Assembly: GCA_002869205.1 (NCBI GenBank)
Contig: PKTJ01000043.1
Span: 1-42,064 of the forward strand
DNA: 42,064 nt
From: Candidatus Parcubacteria bacterium
Lineage (GTDB): Bacteria; Patescibacteriota; Patescibacteriia; Magasanikbacterales; UBA922
Direction of reading: 5' to 3'
Shown: in pieces, positions 29,711-37,520 of the stretch
Layout of the letters: every line of letters begins with the position of its first letter
Numbering within the stretch: position 1 is the stretch's first letter
The notes under the pieces: model-generated
Databases searched by the model: none
The model's input: only the letters and a program-made list of their open reading frames with translations
Told to the model about the DNA's origin: nothing
Translations under genes and position numbers: made by a program

Positions 29711-29742
29711 AAAAACAGCCTTCACGAGAGGTTGTTTTTTTT
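29711..29742 (+). terminator. Intrinsic terminator
   Basis: aaaaacagcct...aggttgttttttt. Confidence 0.7.
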
Positions 29743-29755
29743 GTATAATGGTTAT

Positions 29756-29870
29756 GTCATCCTGAGTCCGAAAGACGAAGGATCTTTCTTACCTAAGACT
29801 TTTGGTAAGATACAGACATATATTTAAAAAAGAGCGCAGTAAGATAGATTCTTCACTTCGTTCAGAATGA
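29756..29870. repeat. Inverted REP-like pair (GTCATxCTGA..GAAGxATCT family) in the eno leader
   Basis: 29756-29785 reads gtcatcctgagtccgaaagacgaaggatct. The reverse complement of 29846-29870 reads tcattctgaacgaagtgaagaatct. Confidence 0.75.
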
Positions 29871-29877
29871 TAGAACT

Positions 29878-31134
29878 ATGAAAAAAACAACTATCAAAAA
29901 TGTCACTGCACGTGAGATTATCGATTCTCGAGGGAATCCAACAGTTGAGGCGAAGGTATTTTTAGCTGATGGGACGGTGGCAAAAGCAGCGGTCCCTTCT
30001 GGGGCATCTACTGGTACACATGAGGCACTTGAGCTTCGTGATGGGGCCAGGAGGTATGGAGGTAAAGGTGTTTTAAAAGCTGTGAAAAATATAAATACAC
30101 TTATTGCAAAAGCTCTTAAAGGTAAAGATGCGTCGATGCAGCGAAAGATAGATGAGGTCATGCTTGAGCTTGATGGTACTGATAATAAAAAGAAACTTGG
30201 TGCCAATGCAATTCTTGCGGTATCTCTTGCGTGTGCACGAGCCGCAGCGTTATCAAAAAAGAAGCCACTCTATAAACATATTCGTGACACATATAGACTC
30301 AAAGAAAAAGGATGGCGTATGCCAATTGCAACCATGAATATTTTGAATGGAGGACGTCATGCTGACAATAATCTGACGTGTCAGGAATTTATGGTGGTAC
30401 CGATTCATAAACGCATGTCTGAACGCGTGCGTATGGGGTCTCAGATTTTTCATTCTCTCAGAGCAATTTTGAACAACAAGGGCTATGCAACAGGAGTGGG
30501 TGATGAAGGTGGTTTTGCTCCTGATTTGCTCAACAATGAACGTGCTATACAGCTTATCATAAAAGCGATCCGTGATTCTGGTTTTACGCCAGGAAAAAAT
30601 GTCTTTATTGCGTTTGATATCGCAGCATCAGAGTTTTATCGCAAAGGTAAATATTATTTTGCATCTCCTTCACAGTCTGCCACAGCAGACAAAATGATTC
30701 GTGTGCTTCAATCTTGGGTAAAAAGATATCCTATCATATCCATAGAAGATCCTCTTGCAGAAGATGACTGGGAAAACTGGAAGATCTTTACCAAAAAATT
30801 AGGCAAGCGTGTTACCATTGTTGGTGATGATTTGTTTGTTACTAACAGTGAACGGATCCAAAAGGGAATTGACGAAAAAGTAGGTAATGCTGTTTTGATC
30901 AAACTCAATCAAATAGGGAGTTTATCAGAAACCGTTGACGCAATTTATTTGGCAAAGAAAAATAAATATAAGATTTCCGTCTCTCATCGTAGTGGAGAGA
31001 CTGCAGACACGTTTATTGCAGATCTGGCCGTTGCAGTTAATTCTGACTTTATCAAGACAGGGTCAATGAGTAGGAGCGAGCGTGTTGAGAAATATAATAG
31101 ATTGATGGAGATTGAACAAGAGATCGGTGTATAA
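29878..31134 (+). CDS. eno: Enolase
   Basis: REIIDSRGNPTVE, VPSGASTG, LGANAIL, GDEGGFAP, VGDDLFVTN, SHRSGET and IKTGS motifs. Confidence 0.99.
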   Translation: MKKTTIKNVTAREIIDSRGNPTVEAKVFLADGTVAKAAVPSGASTGTHEALELRDGARRYGGKGVLKAVKNINTLIAKALKGKDASMQRKIDEVMLELDGTDNKKKLGANAILAVSLACARAAALSKKKPLYKHIRDTYRLKEKGWRMPIATMNILNGGRHADNNLTCQEFMVVPIHKRMSERVRMGSQIFHSLRAILNNKGYATGVGDEGGFAPDLLNNERAIQLIIKAIRDSGFTPGKNVFIAFDIAASEFYRKGKYYFASPSQSATADKMIRVLQSWVKRYPIISIEDPLAEDDWENWKIFTKKLGKRVTIVGDDLFVTNSERIQKGIDEKVGNAVLIKLNQIGSLSETVDAIYLAKKNKYKISVSHRSGETADTFIADLAVAVNSDFIKTGSMSRSERVEKYNRLMEIEQEIGV

Positions 31135-31147
31135 AAGATATAAAAAC

Positions 31148-31175
31148 AAAAAATAGAGAAAATTCTCTATTTTTT
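31148..31175. terminator. Bidirectional terminator between convergent genes
   Basis: aaaaaatagaga-aaat-tctctatttttt. Confidence 0.7.
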
Positions 31176-31189
31176 AATATGTTATTTTT

Positions 31190-31951
31190 TTATATTTCTT
31201 TACTTATCCCCCAGAGGTGTTCAAAAATATTGAGTTGTGTTTGGTGTATATGTAAATCGTCTATCATGATTCCCATCATGTCATCTTTTCTAAGAGTGAG
31301 ATAGCTTACCTTGGTGTCATAGATATGGATACTTGTGTGAGCTGGTTTTATTGCTTTATCAAGCATGCGAATGCCAAGAAGTGTACTTTTTTCTTTAAGT
31401 GCAAGTTTTTTTGCTTGAGGAGTGTTGTATACAAGCATTTTTTTCTCTAATTTTCTTTGTTCACACATGAGTCTGTAGCGTTTGTTTATTTGTGGAAGAT
31501 GTTTTAGGGATGCTTCTATATCTACAATTGAGTATATTGGTTTGGAAGATATAAATGTGTCTTCAAGTGCTTCGGATATTCCTTCTTTTCCTCCAAAAAA
31601 ATGAACACCAGGTTTATGTTTTGTAAGGTTGTATTGTGGCATGAGGGACTTGAGTGTATTTTGTAAATCTTGTGAGATTCGTTCAGTTTCATTTCTTTTT
31701 TCATCTGCGAGAGGTGCGAGCTTGGATGGGTGCGCTGGACCATAGAGAGCGACCTTGCCTTGTTTTCTATAGGTAATAAATTTGCGTGATAAAAGACTGC
31801 TCAATGTTTCATATACGGTTGTTCTACTCATGTTTGTGATTTTGATCAACGCAGGAACACTCAATTCGCCTTGTTTGTTGAGTATGAGGTAGAGTGTAGC
31901 TTCGTGTGGGGCAAGACCACAGGATACGAGTGTATTGTGTTCAAATTTCAT
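31190..31951 (-). CDS. TrmB-family transcriptional regulator
   Basis: N-terminal wHTH (GLAPHEATLYL..SRTTVYETLSSL..KFI), a coiled coil, PGVHFFGGKEGI and a PLD-like C-domain (IHIYDTKVSY). Confidence 0.85.
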   Translation of the reverse strand: MKFEHNTLVSCGLAPHEATLYLILNKQGELSVPALIKITNMSRTTVYETLSSLLSRKFITYRKQGKVALYGPAHPSKLAPLADEKRNETERISQDLQNTLKSLMPQYNLTKHKPGVHFFGGKEGISEALEDTFISSKPIYSIVDIEASLKHLPQINKRYRLMCEQRKLEKKMLVYNTPQAKKLALKEKSTLLGIRMLDKAIKPAHTSIHIYDTKVSYLTLRKDDMMGIMIDDLHIHQTQLNIFEHLWGISKEI

Positions 31952-31964
31952 AAAATTAATATGA

Positions 31965-32474
31965 CTAGAATGTTCTGTTCGTTGCTTGTTCTATATTTGG
32001 TCGATGAATAATGAGAAGTAGTATGGATGGTACAGCAAAATACAGAAATAGTTTTAAATCATCAGTCATAACACCAAGTACAAGACCATAAATTGCAATT
32101 GATTCTGCCATTGCATTTTTAAGTAGAAACGATACAAAATAGGCGGTAATAAGGCGCATGTCTTCACGTTCTTTTTCATCCATTTTGTCTAATGGTTGAT
32201 TAGGGTGGTGGTTTTGTAGTTTAATTTGCGATGTCATTTTTTTGACAAGAAAATCGGGGAAGAAAAATGATAGCATGCCTATTACGATTGATATTATAAC
32301 TAAGGTGGAAACAAAAGCATTGTTGGGCGGGGTAGAGCTTAATTCAGTTCCAGTCATTGTAATTTTGTATAAGACACCCATATAGAAAATAGGGGCAATT
32401 AAAAATATTCCCCAGATGAGGTTCATTTTTAGCTTCAAAGACTTGGACGTTTTCTCAAAATGAGGCGTAGGCAT
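31965..32474 (-). CDS. Hypothetical membrane protein (~4 TM)
   Basis: 169 aa with four hydrophobic segments and AMAESIAIYGLV..HRP. Confidence 0.75.
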   Translation of the reverse strand: MPTPHFEKTSKSLKLKMNLIWGIFLIAPIFYMGVLYKITMTGTELSSTPPNNAFVSTLVIISIVIGMLSFFFPDFLVKKMTSQIKLQNHHPNQPLDKMDEKEREDMRLITAYFVSFLLKNAMAESIAIYGLVLGVMTDDLKLFLYFAVPSILLLIIHRPNIEQATNRTF

Positions 32475-32570
32475 ATTTTTTAGCTTATTTATTAATATAA
32501 TAACTTGTGTAAGTATATACCAAAAGGCAGGATTGAATCAATCCTCAAAATAGGCTATACTATCTCTACT

Positions 32571-34154
32571 ATGACAGGATCAAAAGTACCAAAAAAACAA
32601 GTAAAAAGTAAGCGTGAAGGACCTACGCTTCTTATTATTTTAGACGGATTTGGGCTTGCTGACCCGAAAGAAAAGGGGAATGCAATAACGCCTCAGACCG
32701 CGCCACATATTTTTGGGTATATGAAAAAGTATCCAAATTCAACACTCAAAACATATGGTGAGCATGTTGGATTGTTCAAAGGTCAGCAAGGTAATTCAGA
32801 AGCAGGGCACATGAATATTGGTGCTGGTAGAATTGTAAAACAAGACTTAGTTGAAATTTCAGACGCAATCCATAATGGGACGTTCTATAAAAAAGAAGCT
32901 TTCAAACAAGCTATTCATCATGTGAAGAAGTACAAAACTGCCGTTCATATTATGGGACTTTTGACTGATGGCAATAGTGCTCATGCGTATCCTGAACACT
33001 TGTATGCGACGCTTGAACTGTGCCGTCGTGAAAAAATAGACAAAGTTTATTTGCATCTATTTACTGATGGACGAGATTCACCTCCACATGCTGCGGCGAC
33101 GTATTTATACGAATTACGTGGGCATATGATGGCACATGAAAAGATAGCAACAATTATGGGGCGCTTTTATGGAATGGATAGAAATAAATATTGGGATCGT
33201 ACCAAACAGGCATACGAAGCTATGATACTTGGCAAAGGTTGTGCCGCCCCAAGTGCTGAAGAGGCAATATCTCAGAGTTACAATCGCAATGAAACAGATG
33301 AGTTTATTTGTCCAACGGTAATTGTCGAGGGAAATAAACCTGTGGCAACGATCAAAGATAATGATGCTATATTTTTTATTAACGCACGTAGTGATAGGGC
33401 GCGACAGATTACCAAGGTTTTTGTACAAAAGGATTTCAATAAGATGAATCCAGGAAGTTTCAAGCGTGCGAAGTATCCAAAAAACACACGATTTGTTGCT
33501 ATGACAGATTTTGGCCCAGATCTTGAAGGCATTTTTACGGTATTTCCATCTCCTGACTTGGTTGGCACTTTGCCAATGGCGCTTCACGAGAAGGAACAAC
33601 TATATATTGCAGAGTCAGAGAAGTATGCACATGTGACATACTTTATAAATGGTGGTTATGCAGATCATGTAGGAGGGGAAGTCCGTATGAAGATTGATTC
33701 AAAAGAAACAAAAAGCTATGACAAAAAACCTGAGATGTCAGCCGCAGGAGTTGCTGATGAAATTATTCGTTATTTAGAAAAAGATTACTTGGATTTTTGT
33801 TGTGTAAATTTTGCCAATCCAGACATGGTTGGTCATACAGGAAATCTTCAAGCAGGAAAGAAAGCAGTGGCAGAAGTGGATTCTCAGGTGAAGAGAATTG
33901 TTGACATAATTGTGAAAAAAAATGGACAAGCGCTTATTATCGCAGATCATGGAAATGCAGAAGTGATGATAAATAAAAAAACAGGAGAGATTATGACTGA
34001 ACATACCACTAATCCGGTGCCGTGTATATTGATCAAGAATAATATCGAAGGCATAAAAATTAAAAATGGTATTTTGGCGGATGTCGCACCAACTATCTTG
34101 AAGATGATGGGTGTGGAGAAGCCAGAAGAGATGACCGGAAAATCTTTAATTTAG
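32571..34154 (+). CDS. gpmI: 2,3-bisphosphoglycerate-independent phosphoglycerate mutase, copy 1
   Basis: IILDGFG, GNSEAGH (catalytic Ser), DGRD, GRFYGMDR, ESEKYAHVTYF, NPDMVGHTG, ADHGN and EHTTNPVP. ATG 32571 is preferred over TTG 32505. Confidence 0.96.
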   Translation: MTGSKVPKKQVKSKREGPTLLIILDGFGLADPKEKGNAITPQTAPHIFGYMKKYPNSTLKTYGEHVGLFKGQQGNSEAGHMNIGAGRIVKQDLVEISDAIHNGTFYKKEAFKQAIHHVKKYKTAVHIMGLLTDGNSAHAYPEHLYATLELCRREKIDKVYLHLFTDGRDSPPHAAATYLYELRGHMMAHEKIATIMGRFYGMDRNKYWDRTKQAYEAMILGKGCAAPSAEEAISQSYNRNETDEFICPTVIVEGNKPVATIKDNDAIFFINARSDRARQITKVFVQKDFNKMNPGSFKRAKYPKNTRFVAMTDFGPDLEGIFTVFPSPDLVGTLPMALHEKEQLYIAESEKYAHVTYFINGGYADHVGGEVRMKIDSKETKSYDKKPEMSAAGVADEIIRYLEKDYLDFCCVNFANPDMVGHTGNLQAGKKAVAEVDSQVKRIVDIIVKKNGQALIIADHGNAEVMINKKTGEIMTEHTTNPVPCILIKNNIEGIKIKNGILADVAPTILKMMGVEKPEEMTGKSLI

Positions 34155-34247
34155 ATCCTGATATTCAGATACCCGTAGGGCATCCCTCTTCGGGGATAAT
34201 CCAGATTTACAGATATCTGTAAATCTGGATTATCCGGAAATCAGAAT
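34152..34247. repeat. Gene-less copy of the GxxExxY-flanking inverted repeats, with a 42-bp perfect palindrome
   Basis: ggataatccagatttacagat|atctgtaaatctggattatcc at 34194-34235. It begins tagatcctgat as at 21527 and carries atctggattatccggaaatc as at 22027. Confidence 0.85.
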
Positions 34248-34253
34248 ATTATT

Positions 34254-35831
34254 ATGAATAGACCAAAACCAGTAGTGCTCGCTATCCTCGATGGATGGGG
34301 TATTGCACCTGACGGCAAAGGAAATGCTATCACACGAGCAAAGACTCCTACGTTTGATAAGTTTGTGCGTGAGTATCCTGCCATGACCCTTTTTGCTTCG
34401 GGAAATGAAGTCGGTTTGTCGTTTGGTGAAATGGGTAATTCTGAGGTAGGGCATCTCAATATTGGTGCAGGTCGTGTGTATTACCAAACACTCCCGCGTA
34501 TTAATAAGACCATTGATGATGGAACTTTTTTTGATAACAAAGCGTTTTTGTCTGCGACAGATCGTGTCAAAAAAAATAAATCAAAACTACATTTGATTGG
34601 ACTGGTAAGTCCGGGAAATGTGCATGCAAGTCAGGATCATTTATATGCACTTTTGGAATTGGCAAAAAAACAAAAAGTAAAAGAAGTCTATGTACATGTC
34701 ATACTCGATGGACGTGACACGATATATAATTCTGGCATTGATTTTGTAAAACAACTACAGAAAAAAATGAAGAAGTTGAAGGTGGGGGAGATCGCGAGTA
34801 TCTCTGGTCGATATTTTGCTATGGATCGAGATAATAGATGGGACAGGTGTGAGAAAGCATATCTTGCGATGGCAGAAGGAAAATCGTCTGAATATTTCAA
34901 AGATCCGGTAGACGCACTAGAGAGTTCGTATAAAAATGAAGTATATGATGAGGAGTTTGTACCTGTCGTAATAGGAAAAGAAGGTAAGCCTACTACAATC
35001 GTAGAAAAGGGCGATGCAGCAATATTTTTTAATTTTCGTCCAGATCGTGCGCGTCAGTTGACCAAAGCATTTGTGCTGCCTGGGTTTAGTAAATTTGATC
35101 GAGAGTATATAAAAGACTTGTTTTTTGTCACTATGACTGAGTATGAAAAAGAAACTCCAGTGACTGTGGCATACAATCCGGTAGTCGTACATAATTCTCT
35201 CGCAGAGGTTATAAGCAAGGCAGGGCTCAAACAATTTCATATTGCTGAGACAGAAAAATATGCACACATTACTTTTTTCTTAAATGGTACTGTTGAAGAT
35301 CCTTTTGATAAGGAAGATCGTCTCATTATTCCTTCGCCAAAAGTGTCTTCATATGACAAGGCTCCAAAAATGTCAGCCTCAAAGATTACCAAAGAAGTTG
35401 TGAAGGCTATTGAATCAGACAAGTATGATGCTATTATCTTAAACTATGCAAACGCTGACATGGTAGGGCATACAGGAGATACCGATGCCACAATAAAAGG
35501 TTGTGAAGAAGTAGACAAAGGTTTAGGAAAAATTGCTGATTATATTTTGGCACAAGATGGTGTCTTACTTGTCACTGCTGATCATGGTAATGGCGAAGAA
35601 GTGTCCAATTTACAAACAGGTGAAATGGACAAAGAACATAGTACCAATCCGGTGCCTTTTCTCATTGTTGGGAATGAATATAAAGGTCAGGCAGGATCTG
35701 CTGGCGATCCCCCAGATGGAGATATGAGTTTGATGCACCCTGTGGGAGTTTTGGCTGATGTGGCACCAACCATGCTAAAGATCTTGGATGTAGACCAGCC
35801 AAAAGAAATGACAGGTAGGGCATTGATATAA
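34254..35831 (+). CDS. gpmI: 2,3-bisphosphoglycerate-independent phosphoglycerate mutase, copy 2
   Basis: LAILDGWG, MGNSEVGH, DGRD, GRYFAMDRDNRW, NFRPDRARQ, ETEKYAH, DMVGHTG and TADHGN. Confidence 0.97.
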   Translation: MNRPKPVVLAILDGWGIAPDGKGNAITRAKTPTFDKFVREYPAMTLFASGNEVGLSFGEMGNSEVGHLNIGAGRVYYQTLPRINKTIDDGTFFDNKAFLSATDRVKKNKSKLHLIGLVSPGNVHASQDHLYALLELAKKQKVKEVYVHVILDGRDTIYNSGIDFVKQLQKKMKKLKVGEIASISGRYFAMDRDNRWDRCEKAYLAMAEGKSSEYFKDPVDALESSYKNEVYDEEFVPVVIGKEGKPTTIVEKGDAAIFFNFRPDRARQLTKAFVLPGFSKFDREYIKDLFFVTMTEYEKETPVTVAYNPVVVHNSLAEVISKAGLKQFHIAETEKYAHITFFLNGTVEDPFDKEDRLIIPSPKVSSYDKAPKMSASKITKEVVKAIESDKYDAIILNYANADMVGHTGDTDATIKGCEEVDKGLGKIADYILAQDGVLLVTADHGNGEEVSNLQTGEMDKEHSTNPVPFLIVGNEYKGQAGSAGDPPDGDMSLMHPVGVLADVAPTMLKILDVDQPKEMTGRALI

Positions 35832-35849
35832 ATTTAAAATTTTTAATTT

Positions 35850-35889
35850 GCAATAATAAAACTCCTGTTTATAGGAGTTTTATTATTGC
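35850..35889. terminator. Bidirectional terminator
   Basis: gcaataataaaactcct-gtttat-aggagttttattattgc, a 17-bp perfect stem between convergent genes. Confidence 0.8.
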
Positions 35890-35896
35890 GCAGAAT

Positions 35897-37036
35897 TTAT
35901 TTTTGAATTTCGCCGCGTATGTGTTCAATTATTTCGTTCTCTACATCTTTTAAATTTTTTCCTGTAATTTTGAATGTCGTTTCGTCTTCGTCACCTTCTG
36001 CTCCGTATTTTTTCATGATGTTTGTTGCGTGATGAGAGGGGAGTATTCGCAATGTTCCTTCGATGTGTTCTTCTTGTGGATGTTCGTTTAATAGTAAGAT
36101 GAATTGCGCTTCTGGAGATGTAGTAATGAGTTCATCTACAATCGTATCTAGATCTTTGCGCTCTGCACCAGAACGGACAAAGTCATCGCGCGTGAGTGTT
36201 GTCCACACAAGACCGTGTGTTACATCATGTTGTAAATTAGACAAGGCTGCACCCCATAGTTTGAACGTAGAAATAGACTTTGTCTGATAAAGATTTTTTA
36301 TAATAAATGATCTATCGGCACCAAAGTCTACCAGCTTACTAGCCACGTTAAGTGTTTGTGGGCGAACTTTTTTCTTTTTAAAACTATTGGTTCCTGCAAT
36401 CAATCCAGTGAGTAATGCATTTGCTACGTGTCGATTTATAAACTCTTCTTTGATATCGGATAAAATATTATATACGATTTCAGCGCTCGTACTCGCAGGT
36501 AAATCAATAACATTGATCGCACCAAAATGTTCGTTGGTGCTTTTGTGATCGATATTAATCACAGGAGTAGAATAGAAAAAATCTTCATGGTCAGTATATA
36601 TATTTCCAAGAGATACAAGATCGGGTGTATCAATTACTATAATGAGGTCATACTTAAATTCAGTCTGGGATGTTTTTATTTGATCCTTTGAAATATACCC
36701 TGTTTTTGGGGTAATAAAAATACGAAGTTTTTCATCCTTCATATCATAGCTGAGTTCTGACAAACCAGATTTTTCAGTATCGAGTGTAATAATAAATTGG
36801 TGGAGATCACCGATTTTAGATTTGATTTTTTTACTTCGCTTGAGGAAAGAGTATTGTGAAGATAGCACAAAATTGTCACATACGACATCTGCGCGTTTTT
36901 TCATCTGTTCGAGGAAGAGTTTGAGTGCTAGAGCACTTGCGAGTGCATCGCCATCAAAATGTTTTTTGAAGGTGATGAGTATATTCTTTTTCTCTTCCAA
37001 GAGCTTTTTCAATTGTTCAGTCTGATTTAGTGCCAT
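35897..37036 (-). CDS. DHH-family phosphoesterase-like protein (NrnA-like, degenerate motifs)
   Basis: FDGDALAS, DLIIVIDT, INIDHK, ASTSAEI and ALLTGL..TNSF. ATG 37036 is preferred over 37066. Confidence 0.85.
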   Translation of the reverse strand: MALNQTEQLKKLLEEKKNILITFKKHFDGDALASALALKLFLEQMKKRADVVCDNFVLSSQYSFLKRSKKIKSKIGDLHQFIITLDTEKSGLSELSYDMKDEKLRIFITPKTGYISKDQIKTSQTEFKYDLIIVIDTPDLVSLGNIYTDHEDFFYSTPVINIDHKSTNEHFGAINVIDLPASTSAEIVYNILSDIKEEFINRHVANALLTGLIAGTNSFKKKKVRPQTLNVASKLVDFGADRSFIIKNLYQTKSISTFKLWGAALSNLQHDVTHGLVWTTLTRDDFVRSGAERKDLDTIVDELITTSPEAQFILLLNEHPQEEHIEGTLRILPSHHATNIMKKYGAEGDEDETTFKITGKNLKDVENEIIEHIRGEIQK

Positions 37037-37264
37037 ATGTGTATTAACTACAATATAGATATTCAAAAACTATCCATAGTGCAGTCCCCAAATCTAGTTT
37101 GGAGCGGATAAGAGAGTATACCGGAATAAGGATTTTATGTCAACCTTGCGAAATAATCCTTAATGTGGATAAGAATACTTATTTTTTGGCTAAAATAAGC
37201 CTATTTCTTGCATTTTTTGGTGAAATGATTTAAACTTACTATTAAGAGTTTTTATGATACATAT

Positions 37265-37519
37265 ATGGATCTAGAAAAAGAGATTCTTCTTATCAAAGAA
37301 AGGAATCAGAAAGTCGAGCTCAATAAGGCTTGGGAGAATTCTTTGATTCGAAAAGTAATGATTTTAGTACTCACATACGGGGTCATTGTCTTGTTCATGT
37401 ATGTTTCAGATATCGAAAGACCGTGGCTCAATGCCACGGTACCATCAGTGGGTTTTTTCCTCTCAACATTAACATTACCATTTATAAAAGAATGGTGGAT
37501 AAAGAAAAATTTTAAATAA
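37265..37519 (+). CDS. Small hypothetical membrane protein (2 TM)
   Basis: 84 aa with IKERNQKVE..KAWE followed by two hydrophobic segments. Ends 1 nt before valS. Confidence 0.75.
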   Translation: MDLEKEILLIKERNQKVELNKAWENSLIRKVMILVLTYGVIVLFMYVSDIERPWLNATVPSVGFFLSTLTLPFIKEWWIKKNFK

Positions 37520-37520
37520 T

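Noticed and set aside
32505-35831. Assembly duplication explaining the two gpmI genes
   Set aside because: The copies differ extensively in both protein and DNA sequence.
37164-37172. DnaA box (TGTGGATAA), with near-matches at about 7290 and 41713, as a possible oriC
   Set aside because: The boxes are isolated, with no cluster and no dnaA or dnaN nearby.
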